A stretch of DNA of 64,000 bases, taken from contig NC_086097.1 of the NCBI RefSeq assembly GCF_963921235.1, positions 33,482,001 to 33,546,000 on the forward strand, in the 5' to 3' direction. Both the position numbers and the translations under genes were made by a program. Below are positions 51,495 to 63,494 of this stretch, piece after piece. The notes under the pieces are model-generated. The model searched no databases. It was not told where the DNA came from and saw only the letters and a list, made by a program, of their open reading frames with translations. Positions within the stretch are counted from its first letter, which is position 1. Each line of letters opens with the position of its first letter. This DNA is from Mobula hypostoma (lineage: Eukaryota).

Positions 51495-53300
51495 TATACA
51501 GCTAAACAAAACAACATTCCTCTGAGGCTAAGGTGCAAAACACAGTTCATATAGTCACACACAGCACATGTAGTTATGGTCCAGCACATGCAGTCTCAAA
51601 ATAATATTAGCACAAGACCCTGCGTGGCATGGCCTGAAGACACGTTAACGTAAAGTGCGGACGCCCAAAACTGCTCACAATATTCCGAGTGCAGTCTGAC
51701 CAATGGCTTATAAAGCCGCAGCATTACATCCTTGCCTTTATATATCTTAGTCCTCTCGAAATGAGTGTTAATATTGCATTTTCCTTCCTGACCATCAACT
51801 CGACCTGCTAGTTAATCTCGCAGGTTAGATGTTCCAGAGATGAGTGCTGGGTGACGAAACTGGCGTCTGCCTTAGACCTATTGCAGTGGGTCAAGGTTGT
51901 CTGCTGCGAATCTGGAGTGGAATGTAAACCAGTTGTCCCATCAAATGCTGAGGGTCAGGCAGCAGCTGTGGGGGCTGCAACAGAGAGCCTTTCATCAGAT
52001 CAAGGATGAAATCCAAACCCATCATTTGCACAGAGCTAAAAGAGTGGAGCACCAGAGAAAATGGATGACATGAGGGGAGAGTGGGAGCTGGGGCTGTACT
52101 GGGGAGAGTGAGCAATTGCTGGAAGTCTGAAGTGAAAAAGTGCTGGAAATACCCAGCACACTGGGCAGCATCCGTGGGATGAGAGACAGGGTTAATGTTC
52201 CAGGAGGAAGATCAGCTGCTGGAGAAGCGCAGTGGGTCAGGCAGCCTCTGTGCAGAGAAAGGCACAGTTAGGATCTTCATCTTCCACCTGCTCGTCCCTG
52301 AAGCAGTCTGTGTTTGGTCCAGGACTCCAGCATCGGAGACCTTGTCTGTCTCCGAGACTGGGACAGGATAAGTCCCCATCAGCGGAACCAGCTGCTCCAG
52401 CACAGGGCTGGGTGGGCTGGTTATCTCAGGAGGGTGAGTCGGGGGGGCTGTGAATGGCTGGTTGGGTGGGGGTGGGGGTGGATGCTGTTCCTCAGTTGTG
52501 GTTTGGGATTTGTGTGGCTGGTTTATTATTGTCACCTGTACTGAGATACAGTGAAAAGCTTGTCTTACATACAATTCATGCAGATCATTTCATTACATGG
52601 TGCATTGAGCCCGTACAAGGGAGAACAGTAACAGAATGCAGAAAACTACAGAGAAAGTGCAGTGGCGGCCGACAATAAGGTGCAAGGTAATAACAAGGTC
52701 GATTGTGAAGCAAAGAATCCTCCTTATTGTAGTAAGGGACCATTCAATAGTCTTATAACAGCAGGATAGAAGCTGTCCTTGAGCCTGGTGTTTTGTGCTT
52801 TCTGACTTTTGTATCTTCTGCCTGATGGAAGTGGGGGGTGGGGGGAGAGATTGGGGGGGTGGGGTTTTGATTGCACTGCGTAACTGCGGCAGTGAGAAAT
52901 CTAGACAGTCAGTGGAGGGGAGGCTGGTTTCTGTGATGTGCTGAGCTGTGTCCACAACTCTGCAGTTTCTTGCAGTCACAGGCAGAGCAGTCACCATGCC
53001 AAGCCATGATGCATCGGATAGGGTGCTTTCTGTAGCACATTATTATAAATCGGTAAGAGTCAACAAGGACATGAATTTCTTTTGCCTCCTCTACTGAGGC
53101 AGCAAGAACCAACGCACAAAATGCTGGAGGAAACCAGCAGGTCAGGCAGCATCTGTGGAGGGGAATAAACAGTCACTGTTTGGGCTGAGAGCTTTCGTTG
53201 GAACTCAGACAGAGTCTGTGGAGTTCCAGTCTCCTGCCCGTCTAACTCCTGCCCACCCTTCATTTCTGTTTCCCAGGTACGCACCCCACCCACCCCTCCG

Positions 53301-53929
53301 ATGATGGATGAGCTGGCCCATGACCTGGCGTCTGCGCTGGACGAGACATCTGAGCAGAACCGTCTGGACGAGGAGGGGTGGGAGGGGCCGTGCCCCAGCC
53401 CCCGCCAGCCCCAGCGACGGCAGACCCGCAAGCGCCGGGGCCGGAAACGGCGCTCCATCTCGAACCGGCCGCTCGACTATGGCCGCTGTTTTAGCGAGGC
53501 GTCTGGTTCCAGCCAGGAGGAGACGGCGGCCGGAGGGGGCGCCGCGGCGGGAGCTCCCAGTGACTCGGACGACGATCGGGCGGTCGTTCAGCGCCTCTCC
53601 TCCCTCAATGTGACACTGAAGGGCAGGCAGTCAGCCTGGGGTGAGGGCGACGGTCCGGCGGAGGGAGGTCAGGGCCCAGGGCAGGGCCGCAGGAGGCGCC
53701 GGGCCAAGCCCCCCGCCGATGTCACCTCCTCCCTGCAGAAGAAACTGAAGGTGTCTGAGCCGGCGGCCCCTCCCTGCCCCTGGAGCCCTTCCGGGCCTTG
53801 CCAACACAAGAAGCAGCGGCTGCCTGAGGGAGGGGGCAGCCAGCGCGGCTCCCGGCCCCCTGCCACCCCCGGTGAAGGCATGGACTGCAGCCAGGAACAC
53901 AAGGCATCAGACGAAAACATGACCGACAG
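53301..53929 (+). CDS. GPATCH2L: GPATCH2L first coding exon (exon 2, acceptor at 53276)
   Basis: MDELAHDLASALDETSEQN...RKRRGRKRRS...SLQKKLKVS...SDENM matches the remembered GPATCH2L N-terminus; donor AG|gtgact. Confidence 0.95.
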
Positions 53930-54303
53930 GTGACTGCTGGGCAGCAGGGTGGGGGGAGTGAGGTTGGTTCCCAGAGCACTACACCCTCAGTCTGGTCCCT
54001 GACTCGCCCCTCATCCCATTCCATCCCCTACCCCCCTCAAACCCCTGACCCTGCAGCGTGTGATGGGATGGTGTGGAGGGAGCGTCACTCATTGTGCAGG
54101 CTGGTTGGGGTTGGGTAGATGGTGTTCAGACGGGGCTCATTGACTCTCTGCTCTGTTCCCAGTGACGCCAGCAGCGTGTGCAGCAGTGATGGACTGGTCT
54201 TGGGGTAGACCCGGAGCTCAGTGGGTGGGGTTGATCTCTCGTGCTCGGGTGGGTTTGGGGTGCTGTACGGGTGGAGCTCATTGACTCTCTGCTCTGTTCC
54301 CAG

Positions 54304-54362
54304 TGACGCCAGCAGCGTGTGCAGCAGTGATGGACTCTTCACCAACGACGAGGGACGACAAG
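54304..54362 (+). CDS. GPATCH2L: GPATCH2L exon 3 (DASSVCSSDGLFTNDEGRQG)
   Basis: cag / gtatgg boundaries; conserved GLFTNDEGRQG; phase 2 to 1. Confidence 0.95.
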
Positions 54363-55449
54363 GTATGGATGCATGGGTTATGGGAGGGCGTGAAAGTGTA
54401 AGCAGTCATGGCTCCCTGCCCCAGTCGCTGGAAATGTCCTGGATCACACGAGACGGGATGGTGTGTGTGTGATGGGGGGGGTGCGAGAGCGCATGACAGT
54501 ACAGTGTGGGAGGGTGGGAGCGCGTGACGGGATGGCGTGTGGGATGGTGCAGTGCAGAAGGAACACTCGGTGTGTCACTCTCCTTTCAGCTGGTTCCCCG
54601 GGGTGTCCCCCACGTGCACTTCAGTCTGCTGTGATTGTGGAGGGTGGGGCTGTGTGCCCCTGTGCCTGTGACCTGGGCTAGCTCCGGCAGTGTGGTGTGT
54701 CGGGGCACGTTTGAGCTGTTGTGGAGCCGTGTCTCCTGTGACCGGGCCAGTTTGAGTTGATCGGGAGTAAAATGTTTTCTCATCACATTGGCTCAGCAAA
54801 AGGCAACAATTGAACAGTTGTCAGAACACTGTGTGTGAGCGGTGAGTGGCAGGCCAGGTGGTGGGACTGAAGGGGTGAGTGACGCCATGAGGGTACGAGT
54901 GACGGGCTGTGTTGGGAGTGAGGGTCAGGAATGGGGATCGACTTGGATTTAAGCAGCACCTGTGACATTCCACGGACACCCAGGCCGTGGTGTAGGTGTG
55001 GAACTAGCCTTGTTCCCTGCATTGCTGGGGTTGTCTGAAACCCTCAGTTCAGTTGGTGGCTCTGGCCCTGGGGTCACATGGGAGATCCTCGGCCCATTGT
55101 GTCTCAGCGGTAGACCACCCACTTACACTTACCCTGCTTATTCTCTCACCCCTGCTCCCCTTCGACTCCCATACCTCTACAAGTGGCCCCTTAACCAGCT
55201 AACCCACCCTAGGGTGCCCCGCGAGGTTACGGGGAGCATGCAGACTCCACAGACACAGGTCGGGATCTATCTAGGTCTCTGACCTGTGAGACTGCAGCAC
55301 TCCCTCCTTCCCACTCCCTCCCTGGTTCTCAGCAGCCGGGTAGGGGGTGGGCGGAAGACACGGCTGTGCCTTCCCTGAGGCCAGGGTGGATCCAGTCTCA
55401 CTGGTCCCAATCAGCTGACTGTCTCTTCCCCAGTGTGGATCTCAGAGAA

Positions 55450-55825
55450 GCGGGTGGGGGGGGAGGAGGATATGGAGGGAGAGGTGGGTGGGGGGAGAAT
55501 ATGGAGGGAGAGGTGGGTGGGGGGATATGGAGGGAGAGATGGGTGGAGGGGGATACGGAGGGAGAGGCGGGTGGAGGGGGATACGGAGGGAGAGACGGGT
55601 GGAGGGGATACGGAGGGAGAGGCGGGTGGAGGCGGATACGGAGGGAGAGGCGGGTGGAGGGGGATACGGAGGGAGAGACGGGTGGAGGGGATACGGAGGG
55701 AGAGGCGGGTGGAGGCGGATACGGAGGGAGAGGCGGGTGGAGGGGGATACGGAGGGAGAGGCGGGTGGAGGCGGATACGGAGGGAGAGGCGGGTGGAGGG
55801 GGATACGGAGGGAGAGACGGGTGGG
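55450..55825. repeat. G-rich ~28-bp minisatellite (GGATACGGAGGGAGAGGCGGGTGGAGGG)
   Basis: About 13 units, intronic. Confidence 0.9.
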
Positions 55826-56092
55826 ATGGGGCAAGGGGTGGTGCCACTGTGGACACTTGCTGCTGCCTCTGTGCCCAGGTGTGGAAGGGTGGGTAGGGTC
55901 AGTGGGTGAATGGGCTGAGGTGGACAGGGTAGGGCTGGGGCTGATGGTACTATGGACACTGACTGCTGCCTCCATGCCCAGGTGTGGGGTGGCGGGGTTG
56001 GTGAGTGGATGGGGCGGGGCGAGGCAGAGGGTTTGGCGTGACGTGGGTGTTCGATGGACGGGGTGGACACTGACTGCTGCCTCCATCCCCAG

Positions 56093-56266
56093 GTGACGAC
56101 GAGCAGAGCGACTGGTTCTACGAGGGAGACTGCGAGCAGGGGTTCCGCGTGCCCAAGCTCCTGCCGCACTGGGACGGCCTGAAGGCTCCGCTGGCCGATG
56201 GGGACCAGGGGGTGGGTACATACCCCTCTCCCGCCTTCCTCCTGCCGACACGGCCCGCACAGAGAG
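56093..56266 (+). CDS. GPATCH2L: GPATCH2L exon 4 (DDEQSDWFYEG...FLLPTRPAQRG)
   Basis: Conserved DDEQSDWFYEG and FLLPxRPAQRG; AG/GT boundaries; 174 nt. Confidence 0.95.
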
Positions 56267-56310
56267 GTGAGAGTGGGGCTGGTCTGTGTACACCACACTG
56301 TCTGTATCAC

Positions 56311-56460
56311 CGATTAACCTGGTAACCCGTGCATCCCTGTGGAACCAGAGCACCTGGAGGAAACCCTCGTGGTCGTGGGGAGAGCGTACAGACAGTGCCA
56401 GGGATTGAACCCAGGTCTCTGGCATTGCACTGACTGCTATGCCACCGTGCCATCTGGCGT
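56311..56460 (-). mobile_element. HE1/V-SINE-like fragment in GPATCH2L intron
   Basis: gagcacctggaggaaaccc...gggattgaacccagg...gccaccgtgcc; related copies near 42170-42370 and 61790-62050. Confidence 0.6.
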
Positions 56461-56542
56461 GTATGCAATGCCCTCCGTGTGCACGTCCTGCACTGTCGAT
56501 GCGTTTCCCTGAGTTCTCCACACGTCATCGCGCTGCCCCTGA

Positions 56543-56713
<171 letters not shown>

Positions 56714-57746
56714 TAAATGGTCCAGTATAGGGAGGGCAGTGGGTTTACACAGGTCCCAGAACTGGGTCAGGGGCTGTGCTGGAGTGTGGGATCTGTACCC
56801 ACCACTCCTCTGATCAATGTCCCACGCCTAGCCTTATGTCCACCCCTCCTCTTCCCTCCCCCCTCCCATCCTCAGCCCTCCCTCTCTGCACCTGACCCTG
56901 CCTCTTCCCTCTGGGCTCAACGCCATTCCATCTGCCCTGACCCTGTGGTGAGACCCTCCCTGCACATCCCCAGTGATGACGGTTGCCCCGGTTGTGCTGC
57001 CGGTGACGGGGTGCAGTCCCAGGGGTCAGCAGCTTGGTGTGCAATCACACCCACCCTGGCAGTGCAGTGGGATCGGTAACTGCTGTGTCCCCCCCCCACC
57101 CCGGTTTAACCCTCCCTGGCCCAGGATAGTCCTCAGTGAAGAAATTCACCACATCAAAGGCCATTTAGCCCTACCAGTTTGTGTGACCCCCCTTCCCCCA
57201 GCTGAATCCTTACCCACACCACGTCACAGGATCACCGTTCCACATTCACACCCTGTCAGGTTTGAGTGTGGGGATATCTGTCCCCTACCCTGTGTGGCCG
57301 CATGCTCCAGACCCATCACCCTTTGTCATCGCCCCCTCCCCCCTCCCCCCCCCCAATCTGGTCATTGATCTCAGGCCCACAGCTGCTGTCCCAGGGTGAC
57401 ACATCTGGCTGGGGTGGGGGATGGATAGAGCAGCGGATGATGGGTGGGAGGGTTGTTGGAGGGGGAGGGGGGGTTTGGTGGAGGGATGGGTCAGTGGGGG
57501 GAGGGAAGGGACGGAATCCGAGAGTCACTGTCCGGGGTAGCCCCTGAGGTCTCCAACTCAGGAGGCGTCCCTGGGTGGGATGGCCTGTGGTAGGGGAAAT
57601 TTTACTGGGTGAGCAGCTGGCTGACTGAGTGATGTGGCACCGAACCAGCATGTGACAATGGGCTGAGTGGCCTTTGGCACCATGATACTGTAGTAACCCC
57701 CTCTTCTCTCTGGCCCCCCCCCCAACATGTCTGTGTGTGCCAACAG

Positions 57747-57814
57747 GAGGGGCCGGTGGGAGTCGTCCCCAGCGAGAGGGTGAATCACTTTGGGCAGGAC
57801 CCTTACCGCAGGGA
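57747..57814 (+). CDS. GPATCH2L: GPATCH2L exon 6 (EGPVGVVPSERVNHFGQDPYRRE)
   Basis: aacag / gtaagt boundaries; ERxxH..DP pattern as in remembered ERISHIISDPRQKE; phase 0 to 2. Confidence 0.85.
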
Positions 57815-58455
57815 GTAAGTACTGATAACAGCGAAATCTCCCCCTACTCACACACAACACTGGATAAACCTCGGGGGGCGGGGGGGGTTGCATTTGGTAG
57901 TGGCATGGGGATTGGAGACCTCGGGTCAGGGAAGGTAAGGCGTGTGGAGTATGGGAGTCAGTGGGATCCTCTTCACTGGGTGACCCAGGGGTGGGGAGGG
58001 GGGGCAGGTGACCCCGAGCAGTGGGGGTGGGCTGTGAGGAGCATGATGTTGGGGAAGGGTAACATTGGGAGTAGGGGGTGATGGGGCGGGAGAGGATTGT
58101 TGGGGGTGGTTGGACGGTGAGAGTACAGTCGGTGTGTGACCCTCTCTTACGGCAGGTTATGTCGTGTGAGGGGGGAGGGTGGCACTGAGGAGTGGGGGTG
58201 GGCTGTGAGGAGCATGATGTTGGGGAAGGGTAACAGTGGGGGCCAGGAGTGACGGGGAGGGAGAGGGTTGTTGGGGTTTTTGGACGGTGAGGGTACAGTC
58301 GGTGTGTGACCCTCTCTTACGGCAGGTTACGTCGCGTGAGGGTGGAGGGTGTCAGTGAGGAGTGGGAAGGGAGGGTTGGTCACACTGGGCTGGGGGGAGA
58401 GGGGGGACTAGGATGGTGGGGTTACTGGTCAGTGTGTGACCTGCTCTTACTGCAG

Positions 58456-58525
58456 GCTACGTCGGGACGTGTGTGTGAGGGGTCAGTACCGTGAGTGGAG
58501 CATGCTACAGCCCCTGCGCCTCGGG
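58456..58525 (+). CDS. GPATCH2L: GPATCH2L exon 7, divergent (LRRDVCVRGQYREWSMLQPLRLG)
   Basis: ttactgcag / gtaagt boundaries. Its 70 nt provide exactly the phase 2 to 0 bridge required. No recognisable homology. Confidence 0.65.
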
Positions 58526-58859
58526 GTAAGTAAACTCCCGCTGATACGTGGCTGGGGGTTGTGCGTGTGGAGTGGGGGGTGTGTGTGTCTCTCTGTGGGG
58601 AGGGTGGAAGGATCTGCGTTGCATGTTGGGACACTACAGTCAGAGACGTGTTTTGAAGTGACGGGGAGGAAGGCGGTCAGTGGTTCGAACGCCCACTGAT
58701 CTTCACTGGCCACTGCTGGGCTGGGGAGGGGGTGTGGAGTGGCGCAGTGAAGGCAGTGCTAAGGGGTGGGGGGGGGTTTACAGATTGGGCTGTGGTTAGG
58801 TCAGAGATCGCCCCTGTCCTTCTCGCTTCCTTCACTGACTCCTACTCCTGCATTTGCAG

Positions 58860-58945
58860 TTTAACCCTTTGATGCCCCTGTGCCCACTGGCGGTGCTGAC
58901 TGATGGCTCCCACAGGAAGTGCTCCAACCTGCAGACCAAGGCACG
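58860..58945 (+). CDS. GPATCH2L: GPATCH2L exon 8 (FNPLMPLCPLAVLTDGSHRKCSNLQTKAR)
   Basis: Matches remembered [22 protein letters not shown]; tttgcag / gtgagt boundaries. Confidence 0.92.
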
Positions 58946-59297
58946 GTGAGTTCCCCACCCCTCTACTGGCACAGGATCTCCTCTCACCTTTCCCTCCAAA
59001 CCATGATCTGCCCTGGGTCTCCCTTCTCCCCTCCCCCCTCCCCCCCACTGCCTGGCACCGGATCTCCCCTGGATAGTGTCTATACCATTTCCTGAGACTC
59101 TCCCCTCACCTGCACCTCACTACCCCAAATCAGGGTCAGCTCCTGACCCCTGGGTCAGAGTGTGGTCAGCTTGGGACTCTGCTCCCGAACCCTGACCTGA
59201 GCAGTGTGCCCGGTCAGGCTCCCTTTGCCGTGAAGTCCTGCTGCGTTTTGCCCTGTGGACGCTGCCCAGCGTGCTGCTGTGTTCCTGTGGCCACTGA

Positions 59298-59450
<153 letters not shown>

Positions 59451-59499
59451 TAGTTCTCCCCTCCCCCCCGCCCCCCACTGAACGGGACAGTGGTACATC

Positions 59500-59812
59500 G
59501 ATACTGGGCTGTGAGGAGAGAGTGGGGCAATGGAAATAGTGTGGGGACTGACACTGGACGGTGGGGGGAGAGAGAGGGTTAGTGGGATTAGTTTGAGGAC
59601 TAACAAAATGCTGTAGGGAGAGACAGGGTCAGTGGGATTAGTGTGGGACTGACGCAGGGCTGTGGGGGAGAGTGGGTCTGTGGGATCAGTTTGGGGACTG
59701 ACACTGGGCTATGGGGAGAGTGGGTCTGTGGGATCATTTTGGGGATTGATGCAGGGCTATGGGGAGAGAGCGGAGCAGTGGGATTAGTTTGGGATTGAAA
59801 AATGGCTGTGGG
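59500..59812. repeat. Degenerate minisatellite gtgggattagtttggggactgacac
   Basis: Reverse complement of the 15445-16200 units. Confidence 0.8.
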
Positions 59813-60256
59813 AGGGACTCGCAGCCTGTAGGTGGGATCTTGTGCTGCATGGCAGTTAGTCCTGGTGCCTGGCAGGGTGGAGTGAGTTAAGGTGTAGAGT
59901 GGATGTGCAGCATGCAGTGAACAGTGTATATTGAATGGTGTTCTTTGGGTGTACTGTACATAGTACAGTAGGTATACTGTAGATGAATAGTTTAGTGTAT
60001 TGTTTACAGTTTATGATGTGTTGATGTACTTTTTACATTGAATGGTGTAAGGTGTGTCTACTCTGGTGAGTAGTGTATTGTGGTTGTACAGTGTATGGTG
60101 AGTGGTGTACTGTGGTTGTACAGTGTATGGTGTTCTGTGGGTGTATAGAGCATGGAGAATAGTGTTCCGTGGGTGGGTGGTGAACTGCACTCTGTGGGCG
60201 TACAGTGTATTGAGTACCAGACTGTTGTGGACGCAGTATGGCTCTATTCAGTCCCA

Positions 60257-60287
<31 letters not shown>

Positions 60288-60294
60288 TTCACAG

Positions 60295-60479
60295 CCACCT
60301 CGTGTCCCCACGGTGAGGGTGAAGGGGGCAGCCCAGAGGGGGCTGGGAACAAGGCGTCTGCCTGCATGGAGTGGGCTGAGGGCGAGACCAGAGCTGGACC
60401 GGGAGCAGAGAGCCCAGGCGCTGGCAAGTGTGTGAATTCCCTGGTGTCTCTGCCCCCCGTAGTGTCTGCCCAGCTGTGA
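60295..60479 (+). CDS. GPATCH2L: GPATCH2L terminal coding exon (…VSAQL*)
   Basis: Long (CT)n pyrimidine tract plus acag, and phase-compatible. The summed CDS is 1437 nt (478 aa plus stop), close to the remembered human length. No G-patch domain. Confidence 0.8.
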
Positions 60480-61196
60480 CGAGACGGCCGGACCCCAGCA
60501 GAGCGACCTCTGGCAGCGTCAGTGAGGACATGCATTGCCCTGTCTGGTCCCCATGTACCGACTGCTGCCTGGCTGTCAGACACTCAGACTCCGTAAGGAC
60601 AGAGACATGCCTGCTCCATCCTGTGGGATCTTGCTGAGCTGTGGGCACCCTGGCCCAGTCAGGATCCCATTTGAAGGCTCAGTTACCTCAGTGTTACATC
60701 GTGTACTCCAGCGAGACACTGACCATCATACCTAATAACACGTTGTGCTACAAACAGCACACGTTATACCCAGCCCTGCACTGGTGATATAACATACTGG
60801 AGGGTTCTACCAGCAACCTAGGTTGTATTATAAAATACAATACACAGAGGGTGTTGCAGTGCATACAGGAAGTTACACCCACTCATATGATTGTCTCATA
60901 CATCACAAGGGTGTTAGACCCATTATTAATATAAATGTACTGATGTTCTCAACTCAATCTGTTGCAAGTGTGTGGTGAATATCTCAATTCAGATGTTCTA
61001 CGTCCCACTGTTCCAGTGTGAAATCTGTACGCTATTTGTACTGTGTTTTATTGTTTGGTCTATTCCTCTGACTTGCAATATTACCTGCCCCTCCAAAATT
61101 TCTTGGTGCTTTCAGGAAGGCAGTCGAGATGCCATTTGTTCCACAGTCTCTGGAATTTCTAATGTCCCGAGTAACGTTTTAGAAAGAAAATTTTAA

Positions 61197-61202
61197 ATTA
61201 AA
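61197..61202 (+). terminator. Candidate GPATCH2L polyadenylation signal ATTAAA
   Basis: ATTAAA followed by GT-rich tgtgtctttg, just before repeats resume. Confidence 0.4.
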
Positions 61203-62849
61203 ATATTTTGATATTTCCCAACTCCTTTGGAATGTGTCTTTGAGTAGTTTCCAAAGTGTTTCTCCTGGTGTGTCTCATTGAGCAGAGACTGGAAATCCTG
61301 AGCAACTCTCACAAAACGCTGAAGACACTCAGCAAGCCAGGCAGCATCTGTGGAGGGGAATAAACAATCAATGTTTCAGCCAGAGACCATTCATCAGGAC
61401 TGGGAAGGAAGTGGATATGGTGTGATGTGTCACTCAAATGCTGGCTGTAATGGGAGTATGAACATACCCTTAATCCCAGGACACATCTCGTGGGGTCATT
61501 CTTTTGTCCCTGAATATCCCTATGGAGTGCTAGCACGCTGGGAGCTGGCATTGACTGAATGTTTTGCAGACCAGGTAGATGTGACTGAGAAAGGTGACGA
61601 GGGTACGGTCAGCAATAGAAATGTAAGTTAGGCAGAATAGTAGAATTTAGCTCATCAGTATGAGGTGATGCCCTTTGGGGGGTTTAACTGAGGTGTGACG
61701 CACAATGAGTAACGGTCTGCAGGGGGCATTGAACAGAGGAACCTTAGTGGACACATCCAAAGAAAGATCAGCCTAATTTGTCTCAGGTACATTGAAATAC
61801 AGTGAAATACATCATTTGCATCTGTGGATGGGCTAGTGGGGGAGGCAGCCCTCAAGTGTCGCCATCCTTTTGATGCCAACATAGCATGCCCACAACTTAC
61901 TGACTCTAACCTGTATGTCCTTGCAATGTCAGAGGAGACCAGAGCACCGGAATGAACCCACACAGTCACGGGGACAGCAGTGGAATTGAGCCTGAGCTGC
62001 TGGTGCTGTAGCAGTGTCATGCTAATGCTAACCGACACTACCGTGCTGCCTGGAGGGGGCAGACGTGTTAGTGAGGTGGTGAAGTGCCCCTCACTGGGCA
62101 GAATACAGAAAATCAGAGCAGGGCACAGGTAGTACAATGTTGGCTGGAGCAGTGTGCACAGTTGTGGTCTTCGCACAATGGGCAGCATGCGAATGTGCTG
62201 GCGAGGGTGGGGAAGTTTGGGGGTCACCAGGTTGCTGAACTCCAGTTACAAGGGGTTGTTGGGTTTTCATTGGACATGGGGGACCTGCTCCCTGAGGGGG
62301 TATTGCAAGCAGAGTGTGTCACATTGAAGTATCTGGACCAAGCTTGGAGGGCTGCAAGAAAGTGCTGGTCGATGGGATTAGTATAGATGGTTACTGAATG
62401 GACAGGGTGAGCCAAAGGGCCTGGATTTATGCTGTCCAACTGGGTCACCATACCTGCCTTTCATAGGATTAAAACATCCTCTTGGCAGATAGCAATCATT
62501 CCATAAACTGGTGGCTGCTCCGCCATCAGCACCCACCCCTACTGCTCCCTCCTTCGCACATTTCTGCTGCTCAATGAGTCCCCCCCCCCCACTCCCACCT
62601 TCCTGGTGCTCCCCCCCCCACACACATCCCTGTAGCTGTGAGTGTATCCAGTTGTAGTGCCTGTGGGATCTCTTCACCCAGTGACAAGAGCTGGGCTCTC
62701 ACTGAAGGCTAGCGCCTTGCACAGTGTGACATTTCTTCGAACTGGTGGTCCTACACCCCCTTGGACAGTTGCACCATCTATGACAGCCCTTCATACTTTG
62801 ACCACATTCTGTCCTTGTAAACTCAGGCTTGGCTACAGCTCCGTAAGAC

Positions 62850-63480
62850 CATAGTCATAGTCATACTTTATTAATCCCGGGGGAAATTGGTTTTCATTAC
62901 AGTTGCTCCATAAATAATAAATAGTAATAGAACCATAAATAGTTAAATAGTAATATGTAAATTATGCCAATAAATTATGAAATAAGTCCAGGACCAGCCT
63001 ATTGGCTCAGGGTGTCTGACCCTCCAAAGGAGGAGTTGTAAAGTTTGATGGCCACAGGCGGGAATGACTTCCTATGACGCTCAGTGCTGCATCTCGGTGG
63101 GATGAGTCTCTGGCTGAATGTACTCCTGTGCCCAACCAGTACATTACGTAGTGGATGGGAGACATTGACCAAGATGGCATGCAACTTGGACAGCATCCTC
63201 TTTTCAGACACCACCGTGAGAGAGTCCAGTTCCATCCTCACAACATCACTGGCCTTACGAATGAGTTTGTTGATTCTGTTGGTGTCTGCTACCCTCAGCC
63301 TGCTGCCCCAGCACACAACAGCAAAAATGATAGCACTAGCCACCACAGACTCGTAGAACATCCTCAGCATCGTCCGGCAGATGTTAAAGGACCTCAGTCT
63401 CCTCAGGAAGTAGAGACGTCTCTGACCCTTCTTGTAGACAGCCTAAGTGTTCTTTGACCAGTCCAGTTTATTGTCAATTC
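62850..63480 (-). mobile_element. Rex1/Babar-like LINE 3' end
   Basis: FYESVVASAIIFAVVCWG...NKLIRKA...RHRKSFPPVAIKLYN; tail aaagtatgactatgactatg. Confidence 0.8.
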
Positions 63481-63494
63481 GTATTCGTATTCGT

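Noticed and set aside
55366..56521. Long Gly/Pro-rich ORFs on both strands
   Set aside because: Arise from the G-rich minisatellite and the antisense strand of exon 4.
58456..58490. Shorter exon 7 using the GTGAGT donor at 58491
   Set aside because: 35 nt breaks the frame with exon 8.
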